From the NCBI GenBank assembly GCA_947053455.1, contig CAMRSV010000004.1, forward strand, positions 1-64,000: a stretch of 64,000 bases of DNA, read 5' to 3'. Source of the stretch: an uncultured Alphaproteobacteria bacterium (GTDB taxonomy: Bacteria; Pseudomonadota; Alphaproteobacteria; Rs-D84). Below the pieces are notes generated by a model, which worked only from the letters and a program-made list of their open reading frames with translations, was not told the origin of the DNA and made no database searches. Below are positions 50,118 to 57,858 of the stretch, one piece after another. The first letter of the stretch is position 1. The number at the start of each line of letters is the position of its first letter. A program made the position numbers and the translations under genes.

Positions 50118-51191
50118 ATGGTAAAGGCAACTGATTTTGTTAGTGAATACAAGACCGTGGGTGACCCGGGGAAGCGGGAAAAGGCCCGCAATTGGGATAT
50201 TGCCATTGGGTTGCAGCGGGTGGATGGACTGGCCCCGTCACGGTATCTGTACCAGGTGGCGCGCGATAATATCGATGGTAAAATTACCCATGCTGATGTT
50301 GCCAAAAGCCTGCATAAATACTATCAAACCGATGCCGGTCGGGCAGAGGCGCCTGATACGATGGAGGCCGACCAGGTTTCCAACCGCATTGCCGAATTGT
50401 TAGGCAATCCGTCATTTACCTTTGCGCCGACAACATTGTTGAGCATTCATGAATATCTGTTTCGCGACAGCCTGCCGGATGAATGGGTGGGACGTATTCG
50501 TGACAAGGATATTACCAAGCCAGAAAGCGCATTAAATGGCGATACGGTGCGTTATGCATGGCATGCCGATATTGAAAAGACATTGGAATATGATTTTGAT
50601 CGTGAACGGCGGTTTAGTTATGCGGGGCTGACCCCGCGTGCCCAGGCACACCATATCGCCGAATTTATATCTGGCATCTGGCAGATTCATCCGTTTCGTG
50701 AGGGCAATACCCGCACCACGGCTGTGTTTGCAATTAAATATCTGCGCAGCAAAGGATTTATGGCAGATAACGAACTGTTCAAAAACAATGCTGAATATTT
50801 CCGCAATGCGCTGGTTCGTGCCAATTACGAGAATGTAAACACCGGCGTTTCTCGTACCATGGACTATTTGTATCGGTTCTTTGGTAACCTGTTGCTGAGC
50901 GAAAATAACGTGCTGGATGCAGGCGATACGCATATAAATATCGCTAATAAAAATTTAAAAATTAGCGATATAATTAGCGATAAGTTGGATAAAACAACCA
51001 AGGTGTTTTTAGACACGATTATGCCAGTATTACAAAAAGATAGCGATATTAATGCCGCCACGGCCATGGAATTGACAGGCAAATCAGCCCAGCGTGTGCG
51101 CCAACTGTTTGCTGCATTGGTTGCATCGGGTGTGTTGGTTGCCGTGGGGCAAAACAAAGGTCGCCGTTATCGGTTGGCGATTGCCAAATAG
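50118..51191 (+). CDS. Fic family protein with N-terminal VbhA-like domain and C-terminal wHTH
   Basis: AIGLQRVDGL.PS, HPFREGNTRT. Confidence 0.88.
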   Translation: MVKATDFVSEYKTVGDPGKREKARNWDIAIGLQRVDGLAPSRYLYQVARDNIDGKITHADVAKSLHKYYQTDAGRAEAPDTMEADQVSNRIAELLGNPSFTFAPTTLLSIHEYLFRDSLPDEWVGRIRDKDITKPESALNGDTVRYAWHADIEKTLEYDFDRERRFSYAGLTPRAQAHHIAEFISGIWQIHPFREGNTRTTAVFAIKYLRSKGFMADNELFKNNAEYFRNALVRANYENVNTGVSRTMDYLYRFFGNLLLSENNVLDAGDTHINIANKNLKISDIISDKLDKTTKVFLDTIMPVLQKDSDINAATAMELTGKSAQRVRQLFAALVASGVLVAVGQNKGRRYRLAIAK

Positions 51192-51251
51192 TTTTCAAAT
51201 AATTAGCGATAAATGGGGCCATATACCTTGGCACGGGTGGGGTGGGGATGA

Positions 51252-51400
51252 TTCCCTGATGTGGGTGGGCAAAATCCCTGTTTTGTGAAATCAAATTCCC
51301 TGTTATTTTTGTGGGGGATTTTGTGAAAGTGGCGGAAATGCGGTGCGGCGGGCAAAAATGGGACCGCCGAAATGCCTCAAAATCCCTGTTAATCCCTGTA
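51252..51400 (+). repeat. Five WTCCCTG motifs near the element right end
   Basis: Copies at about 51252, 51274, 51296, 51382, 51392. Confidence 0.75.
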
Positions 51401-51437
51401 TTTTGTTGTATGGCGTTTGCCGTAGAATATTACCACA

Positions 51438-51598
51438 CCGCCAGGAATCAGTTATGTTTTGAATATAAAAACATATAGCGAGCAACTCCCCGGGAAATCG
51501 GGGCTTTTTACTTATAACTCATCCATGGTATATCGCGAATTTTCAAAAATCGGCAAATAAAAAGCAGTTTCTATACATTGGCCTTTTTCGCCCTGGCA
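51438..51598 (+). repeat. 161-bp imperfect direct repeat, copy 2
   Basis: Colinear with 29362-29522. Confidence 0.9.
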
Positions 51599-51934
51599 CT
51601 AGAATTGTAATATAAGTATAAATAATCCAAGCACCAATGTCGGGCTCAACATCCATAAAAATGCAGACATGAATTTGCATTTGATAAGTTTATAGATGCC
51701 TGTCCCTGTACCAAATGACATGAGTATTGCCAATATTCCAAATGTTGTCACATAGGTCAAAGGACTATGCCATAACCATCCCATAGATTCAGCACCCCAA
51801 TAGCAAATAGCAATATCGCAATTGCGTGTTATTTCGTGTATGGTGTCAATTAATAAATAACAAATCAGCCAAGCGTTGCATACGCATATTGTGCCAAACA
51901 AACATAAATATAATGTCTTTAAAACTTTATTCAT
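51599..51934 (-). CDS. Small multi-TM protein, candidate immunity protein
   Basis: Directly downstream of the Tlde1-like gene; hydrophobic. Confidence 0.55.
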   Translation of the reverse strand: MNKVLKTLYLCLFGTICVCNAWLICYLLIDTIHEITRNCDIAICYWGAESMGWLWHSPLTYVTTFGILAILMSFGTGTGIYKLIKCKFMSAFLWMLSPTLVLGLFILILQF

Positions 51935-51938
51935 GTGG

Positions 51939-52928
51939 TTAATACTTTACGTGCACTATAACATCTTTGCCATTTTTTTCAAACCATTTTGCAAATCCAT
52001 CCATGCCTTTTTCTAAATCTATGCATCCGGCTGAACCAAAAGAAACACCTCCATGAATAGAAAAGTTACTGCGATTCAATATATTGGTTTCATTTGCGGG
52101 TTCTAGCCAAATTCTATGATTCCCCCAAGCAGCGCTACCCCCTTTCCAGCTTGTTTGTTTTTTTATTGTAGAATAATCGTCCCTATGCTGTAATTTTGAT
52201 TGTCTGGCAACATAGAGCCCCTCTGGTATCGGACCTTTGGATTTGACGGCTTGATTTTCTTTTCCTTGATAGTCGGGCTTTCCTGACATTGCGCCCCAAT
52301 ATCCAGTTCTTTTACTGTTATCATAGGTGGTTAAAGCAATTCCATCAAATATTGCGATTTGGTTTTTGTTTGTGTTTACCGGATATTCAAATGTTGCGCC
52401 GTGTGATTCAAATTTACTGTTTATTGCAGACTCTGTTGCGTCGCCCGGAAATATTTTACCAGTCGCGGTCAATCCATTATCTTTTTGAAAGTTTTTAATT
52501 GCGGTCACTAGGGCGTCATTCGGATAGCCGTTAAACTTGTCTTCTGTTTCACTGCGCGGTTCCGGTTTGTAATAATTCATTTTGTTTAAGTAAGTTTTTA
52601 GTTTTATAACATCACTACTATTGGAATTAGTGTCAGAAGAAAAGCCTTTTGTTAAAGAAAATTTTTGTTCCTTATTTTTATCTTTGTCTTCGTCTTTTTC
52701 ACGTTTTCCGCCTTGGTAATGATATGGACAAATCCTTTCATATGCACCAACTTTGGCACCATCGGAACGTGTATATCCGCCCACTTGAATTATGCCACTG
52801 CATTCTTCCTCATCATTCGAGCTATTCTGATTATTGCCAGTTCTTGCTTTTATATATGTTTTGTACGCAGTATTGGCAAGTTGCAACCAATCTTTGGTTG
52901 TCATGCTTGTGTATTCTTTTAATGCCAT
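51939..52928 (-). CDS. PG-binding domain plus Tlde1/DUF2778 (L,D-transpeptidase fold) protein
   Basis: AIKNFQKDNGL..TG.I.PG; GPIPEGLY, FSIHGG...GSAGCID; no signal peptide. Confidence 0.8.
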   Translation of the reverse strand: MALKEYTSMTTKDWLQLANTAYKTYIKARTGNNQNSSNDEEECSGIIQVGGYTRSDGAKVGAYERICPYHYQGGKREKDEDKDKNKEQKFSLTKGFSSDTNSNSSDVIKLKTYLNKMNYYKPEPRSETEDKFNGYPNDALVTAIKNFQKDNGLTATGKIFPGDATESAINSKFESHGATFEYPVNTNKNQIAIFDGIALTTYDNSKRTGYWGAMSGKPDYQGKENQAVKSKGPIPEGLYVARQSKLQHRDDYSTIKKQTSWKGGSAAWGNHRIWLEPANETNILNRSNFSIHGGVSFGSAGCIDLEKGMDGFAKWFEKNGKDVIVHVKY

Positions 52929-53223
52929 TAATAAATCCTTTTGAAAAATAAAAAAGTCGGCACAATGCCGACTAAAATTAACTCACTTGTATTATACCAC
53001 AAAACACGATAAAAAGCAATATATAAAGCATGTTAAAATTGATGTTTGGGAGCAGTGGCAAAGATTTCCGCCACACTGCATGGCTATTTTCCGGATAGTA
53101 TTTCATTGATTTTTATGCTTGTTTGTGGTATACTATATACCGTGAACAAAGGCGACAAATGTCGCCGTTTTTTATTGCCCAGTTCGCACACGGGGCTTTT
53201 TTATTTGCATAAAGGAATCACAA

Positions 53224-54390
53224 ATGAAAACACCACAATTTTTGCGGAAGTTGTTATCGTCGCCTGCATATATGGATAAAAACAGCAAGGTGTACGCCAT
53301 GGCGGAAAAATACTTGAATCTGCTGTATCCTGGCGCGGCACAACTTGACGCCACCGGTCGCATGACCGAACCAAAATACGATATGACATTAGAGCAATTT
53401 CGTAAGGCCCAAAAGGCATTAGAGTCTGCGCTAGAAGAAGCAATAGCCGATGCCGAAGCGGAATATGAAGAAGCCGGTCGCCAGATAGATGTTGAAGATT
53501 ATGTAGAATTAGAAGAAACAATAGATGTTCGTGTTCTGATGCCAGATGGCGCAATAGAAAATAAACAGCTGGAGGTTTATACCCTTGACCTGCCAGAGGA
53601 CGATGATGATATGCCAAATGGTAAACCACGGGGCGTATGGCGTTGGCATAGTGAAGATGGCGATAACACCTGTTCCGCGTGTGCATCGCGCGATGGCGAA
53701 ATATATGAAAGCGAGGATGATATCCCTTCAAGCCCATTACATCCCAATTGCCGATGCAGCATAACCGAGGATGTAATAGACGCGGTCGGTCGCACGATCG
53801 GCAGCAAGTCGTATACGCCAAAAGCAAAAGAAGAAAAGAATGAGATTGAAAAAGATGCAAAAGAAATGACCAAAGATGAGAAATTTGAAGAAGCATATAA
53901 TAAATTACAAGAGCCAGAAGGGGGTTATACAGACGGCAAGAATCAAGTTCGTGACGAACCAACAAATATGGGAATAAAGCAAAGTACGTTGGATGACTAT
54001 GCTCGAAAGCACTCGGAAAAAGATTTGCCAAGCGATGTCAAAAATTTGCAACCTAGCCAGGCCAAAGAAATTTATAAAGACGCCTATTGGGATAACACAA
54101 ATATTCCAAAAATTGAAAATGATCGAGTGCGAAATGCGGTCTTTGACATGAACGTAATGGGTGGTGCCGGATGTGTGGTTCAAAGAGCCTTGAATGATTT
54201 TGGTAATGCAGGGCTTGCAGTTGACGGAAAAATTGGCCCGAAGACTATTGATGCCTTAAATTCTATCCCCGCAAATAGCGTATCGGATTTTATGGAAACT
54301 TTGAAGGCTCATCGCTTTGAATATTTACAGAAAACAGACAATTGGCCAACGTCTAAGAATGGTTGGACGAAACGTACGAATAAATATTAA
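53224..54390 (+). CDS. MuF-like motif plus GH108 lysozyme and PG-binding domain
   Basis: WRWHSEDGDNTCSACASRDG...PLHPNCRC; EGGY, TNMGI, IYKDAYW, VDGKIGPKT, GWTKR. Confidence 0.8.
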   Translation: MKTPQFLRKLLSSPAYMDKNSKVYAMAEKYLNLLYPGAAQLDATGRMTEPKYDMTLEQFRKAQKALESALEEAIADAEAEYEEAGRQIDVEDYVELEETIDVRVLMPDGAIENKQLEVYTLDLPEDDDDMPNGKPRGVWRWHSEDGDNTCSACASRDGEIYESEDDIPSSPLHPNCRCSITEDVIDAVGRTIGSKSYTPKAKEEKNEIEKDAKEMTKDEKFEEAYNKLQEPEGGYTDGKNQVRDEPTNMGIKQSTLDDYARKHSEKDLPSDVKNLQPSQAKEIYKDAYWDNTNIPKIENDRVRNAVFDMNVMGGAGCVVQRALNDFGNAGLAVDGKIGPKTIDALNSIPANSVSDFMETLKAHRFEYLQKTDNWPTSKNGWTKRTNKY

Positions 54391-54782
54391 ATATCATTTT
54401 CTTTGAAATGCCACCGTCCAGACACATAATCATCAATATATTCCGGAACATCGCTTATAGGGGTGCAGTTTGACTGCATCCCCAAATTTCTCCCATTGAC
54501 ATAAACATAAGCAATGTCAATAGGGGTGCTGTCTATTAAAATCTGGTACAAGGTTTCGTTTGTTGGTTTATAATATACCGACTGTATTTCTACATTGTTT
54601 ATGTATTTAATCGCAGGCTCTTTGTCCATACATGGTGCACAGAACTCAATATAAAATTCTACATTTTTTAATATGTTATACGCATTATTTGCAACGTCTT
54701 TCGGAATCAATGCACATTGATCAGCTTTGAGCGGCTGCAATGAAAATATAATCACCAGAAAGCAGAAAAATAATTTTTTCAT
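54387..54782 (-). CDS. Small exported Cys-containing protein
   Basis: Signal peptide ending ..KA-DQC; FCAPC; IDIAYVYV; convergent on the GH108 gene. Confidence 0.7.
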   Translation of the reverse strand: MKKLFFCFLVIIFSLQPLKADQCALIPKDVANNAYNILKNVEFYIEFCAPCMDKEPAIKYINNVEIQSVYYKPTNETLYQILIDSTPIDIAYVYVNGRNLGMQSNCTPISDVPEYIDDYVSGRWHFKENDI

Positions 54783-54873
54783 GATATGAATTTTATCGGT
54801 TTTATCTCATTGAGTCAAATACATTTACGAAAAACAATAGACAAGATTTAATTGGTTATGCAATATAGTATCG

Positions 54874-55132
54874 ATGAAAAAGTTTGTTGATTTTATTTGC
54901 AGTGTTGTGTGTCTGGCTCTGTTCTTGTTTTTTTGGAATGATTTGGTGGGCCTCTCGTGTTTGGTTGGAACCAGCAAAAGAAACCAATACCTATGGTCGT
55001 GATAATTTCAGCATTCATGGCGGCTGGGCGCCTGGGTCTGCCGGTTGCATTGATATGACAAGTAATATTAAAAATTTTGTTGCGCTATTCGAATTTGTCG
55101 GTAAAGATTTAATTGTAGAGGTAAAATATTAG
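54874..55132 (+). pseudogene. Chimera: duplicated 5' end of the 55495 gene joined out of frame to a Tlde1-like C-terminal fragment
   Basis: 54887-54947 equals 55508-55568; then RVWLEPAKETNTYGRDNFSIHGGWAPGSAGCIDM...IVEVKY. Confidence 0.75.
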
Positions 55133-55145
55133 GGACTAACGTAAC

Positions 55146-55484
55146 ATGAAAATAAATTGGCAAAAAAACATGTATTGCAATGCTGTGATTCTGTGGGGGG
55201 CATTGTTTGTATTTTTGATGGATTTATCGGCAATGGGACGTATTACAAAATACGATGAAGTGTGGTGGCCTTTTTGTTATGATTTATCTGAAAAATCACG
55301 ATATTTATGCATGGCTAACTATGATGTTGTCAGTATTATATGTGTATTGGCAGGACTCGTGTTTCTTACATATAAACTAGTCCCTGTATATAAAACACGA
55401 TTGTTATGGATGCCATTAGCAGGATTATTTATAGGGATTTTTGTCTGGCCGATAATTCAATCGCTATTATATTGGTTAATGTAA
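55146..55484 (+). CDS. Small multi-TM protein, candidate immunity protein
   Basis: Follows the Tlde1-like fragment; three hydrophobic segments with a Cys/Trp loop. Confidence 0.6.
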   Translation: MKINWQKNMYCNAVILWGALFVFLMDLSAMGRITKYDEVWWPFCYDLSEKSRYLCMANYDVVSIICVLAGLVFLTYKLVPVYKTRLLWMPLAGLFIGIFVWPIIQSLLYWLM

Positions 55485-55494
55485 AATACAATTG

Positions 55495-55809
55495 ATGAAG
55501 AAGTATTTTGATTTTATTTGCAGTGTTGTGTGTCTGGCTCTGTTCTTGTTTTTTTGGAATGATTTGGTCGGTCTGTTAACTAATGGGAAATGGGATGGAG
55601 TATTCTGTTTTATTTGCAGTCGCGATTGCTTGATATTGATAGATCGTATCGCGATGACATTTTGTGCAATAATCTTTGTCCCGTTTGCGATAGAAACCGT
55701 AAGACATCATAAGTGGAAATTTCTGTTTGTACCAATATTGGCGTGTGTTTTGTGGTTTGCGATAATGATGTTGCATTTATGGATTGTGTACATATTTTTT
55801 ATACGATAA
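55495..55809 (+). CDS. Small multi-TM protein, candidate orphan immunity protein
   Basis: Similar size and topology to its neighbour. Confidence 0.6.
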   Translation: MKKYFDFICSVVCLALFLFFWNDLVGLLTNGKWDGVFCFICSRDCLILIDRIAMTFCAIIFVPFAIETVRHHKWKFLFVPILACVLWFAIMMLHLWIVYIFFIR

Positions 55810-55825
55810 TAACAAAATGGTCAAT

Positions 55826-56093
55826 TTATAAATGCACAATCTCAATATCTGTGAATTGATTTGCGATGTGTTCGGCAGCGTGGCGGCGGTTGCCGAAAAT
55901 TGGTACACCACTAGGCCACGAACCACGCCAAATATGGGATTTTTGTCTATCTAACCAGTCGGTGTATTTATAAAATTGCAACTTTGACTGTCGGGTAATG
56001 TATGTGCCTTCGGGTGGGGGCTTTATTTTTCAAGCCATGATTTAATTTTTTTTATCGTTTTCGTACAATGTCAGTGATGTGCCATCACATATA
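55826..56093 (-). pseudogene. Frameshifted Tlde1-like N-terminal fragment fused to a DUF488 C-terminal remnant
   Basis: Manual translation: ICDGTSLTLYEND.. / KNKAP / PEGTYITRQSKLQ...SWPSGVPIFGNRR-HAAEHIANQFTDIEIVHL*. Confidence 0.75.
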
Positions 56094-56117
56094 GGAACCT
56101 ACCTGTGGTGGGTCGGG

Positions 56118-56627
56118 TTAATAATTGCCGCGTGTATCAAATGTGTATTTATTGCCCGTCTTGGACAGAGTATGGCGTTTATAGGCGGATTCTAATTCGT
56201 CGGCGATTTTTTGTGGTGCGGCGGTTTGTGGATATGTGCCGTATTCAATAACTTGAATATTTCCAATTTTGCGATTCGGTCTCGCTGCGCTCGACCGAAT
56301 TATAGATGTGACAGATTTAGGCAAAGCGGGGCGGCCGGCAATATCGCGCGCATTTGGAGTAATCCAGCTCCTACGTCCGTCATGGTCGGCGCACCGGACA
56401 GATCCGTCTTCTTCAGACGAGGCCGACCAGAAATATCCAGGCAAATGTTTTTCTTTGTCAACTGATGTGCCGCCAATCATTGCGCCTAATATAACGGCTA
56501 AATCAGTTGGTGCGGCGGCAACGCCATATTCTTTTAATACAGACAGGGCATCAGCGCCCCATATTTGATTTTCGGTTAGAAATGTTGTTTCCATAATACT
56601 TTTGACCCGGCATCTATCGATTCCCAT
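56118..56627 (-). CDS. Hypothetical protein, probably C-terminally truncated
   Basis: TFLTENQIWG...L.V..YG.....TDLA..LG, RPAL, EYGTYPQT; stops just before the toxin remnant. Confidence 0.55.
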   Translation of the reverse strand: MGIDRCRVKSIMETTFLTENQIWGADALSVLKEYGVAAAPTDLAVILGAMIGGTSVDKEKHLPGYFWSASSEEDGSVRCADHDGRRSWITPNARDIAGRPALPKSVTSIIRSSAARPNRKIGNIQVIEYGTYPQTAAPQKIADELESAYKRHTLSKTGNKYTFDTRGNY

Positions 56628-56925
56628 CTCCCACTATGGGAAATTATATCTTATTTTTATTTAATTTACAAGATGTTAAAGATTTTTTCGTTCTTTTGGG
56701 GCATAAATTTTAAATTCGCAATATTTACCAACACGGTATTTTCGATTTGCCAAATCAGATGCCAATTTCTTTATGAAAATTTTCCTTTTTAATTATAGTT
56801 TACCGGCGCATTCAATAAATATCAAAATTAAGATAACTTTGGGTTGATTTTATTCCTTTTGACAACTATAATAAGATTGTAGTTCGAATAAGTTATGGGC
56901 TATGTGAATTTTTTGGAGAGGGGAA

Positions 56926-57177
56926 ATGACACATAAAGATATTTGGAATGCGTTGGATGAAATGGCGGCGGCGCAAAATTTGTCCTGTTCTGGATTGGCA
57001 AAGCAAAGTGGATTAAGTTCCACGACATTTAATAAAAGCAAGCGTTATACCAGTGACGGCAAGGCGCGATGGGTGTCAATGCAAAGCCTGGCAAAGGTTT
57101 TGGATGCAATAGGAATGGATTTATCCTATTTCGCGGGCTTTGTAGATGGACAGAAAAACAACGCGGCGGCACAATAA
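56926..57177 (+). CDS. XRE-type HTH regulator (alphaproteobacterial type, no peptidase domain)
   Basis: THKDIWNALD...LS.SGLAK.SGL..TTFNKSKR...G..RW.S..S. Confidence 0.8.
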   Translation: MTHKDIWNALDEMAAAQNLSCSGLAKQSGLSSTTFNKSKRYTSDGKARWVSMQSLAKVLDAIGMDLSYFAGFVDGQKNNAAAQ

Positions 57178-57218
57178 TTTTGATATAGTTTGGGGGATAT
57201 TGTGCTATAATCTGATAT

Positions 57219-57827
57219 ATGAATAATATCAGATATTTTAAGTTGCGTGATGCACAGCAGCTGGTTCGTATGATAGGGGCGGAATGGGATTTGGCCAAGC
57301 GCGCCACCAGGGCCGGACGACTGTGTGATTGGATTTATTGCACTGAAATACTTGCTGTAAATACCGATATGCTGGTTTTAACGGCGAATAATGGTCGGCC
57401 GATTGGATTTGCCGGATATTCCCAGAAAAATGCACGGCGTCACGTGTTTCGGCGCATCGTTTGGCGCGCGGTTCACTTTGTTTTGTCATTGGCGGTAAGG
57501 AACCGTGGTGCGTTGCGTGAATACTATGATGTCTATAACTATGCGCCGGCGGATATTGCGCGCCAATTTGATGCGGAATGTGACATATTGATTGTTGATA
57601 AATGTCATCGCGGTGGGGCGGGGCGCGTGCTGTTTATGGAAATGATGCGCGATGCCGCCGTGCGCGGCGTTAAAAAAATGCGCATAGACACAGATGACAG
57701 TTGCAGTGTCGGCTTTTACCGTGCCCAAGGCGCGCGTGAGGTTTATCGTGCCACGGCGGCAAACGGCGGCGAAAAGGATGCGGAAAATGTATATGTATTT
57801 TCCGCCGAACCAGAAAAAATTATATAG
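57219..57827 (+). CDS. GNAT acetyltransferase
   Basis: LIVDKCHRGG.GR.L, TDDSCSVGFYR. Confidence 0.75.
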   Translation: MNNIRYFKLRDAQQLVRMIGAEWDLAKRATRAGRLCDWIYCTEILAVNTDMLVLTANNGRPIGFAGYSQKNARRHVFRRIVWRAVHFVLSLAVRNRGALREYYDVYNYAPADIARQFDAECDILIVDKCHRGGAGRVLFMEMMRDAAVRGVKKMRIDTDDSCSVGFYRAQGAREVYRATAANGGEKDAENVYVFSAEPEKII

Positions 57828-57858
57828 AACGCCATGCAATAAAACTGTTATCAATGCT

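Larger units (their letters stand above)
29362..51437. mobile_element. tRNA-Ser-integrated element with serine recombinase, terminase and defence cargo
   Basis: Starts at CCGCCA tRNA-end core; same core recurs at 51438; recombinase at left end; RM, TA and Fic cargo. Confidence 0.8.
51438..56100. mobile_element. Decayed second element carrying toxin/immunity-like cassettes (right end uncertain)
   Basis: Same left end as element 1; DUF488 remnant at 55826; several gene fragments. Confidence 0.55.

Noticed and set aside
53201-54031. 276-aa antisense ORF
   Set aside because: Shadow of the MuF-like/GH108 gene; the same applies to other long antisense ORFs such as 24182-24856 and 45707-46402
29535-54390. 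Intact prophage
   Set aside because: No capsid, portal, tail, holin or replication genes recognisable
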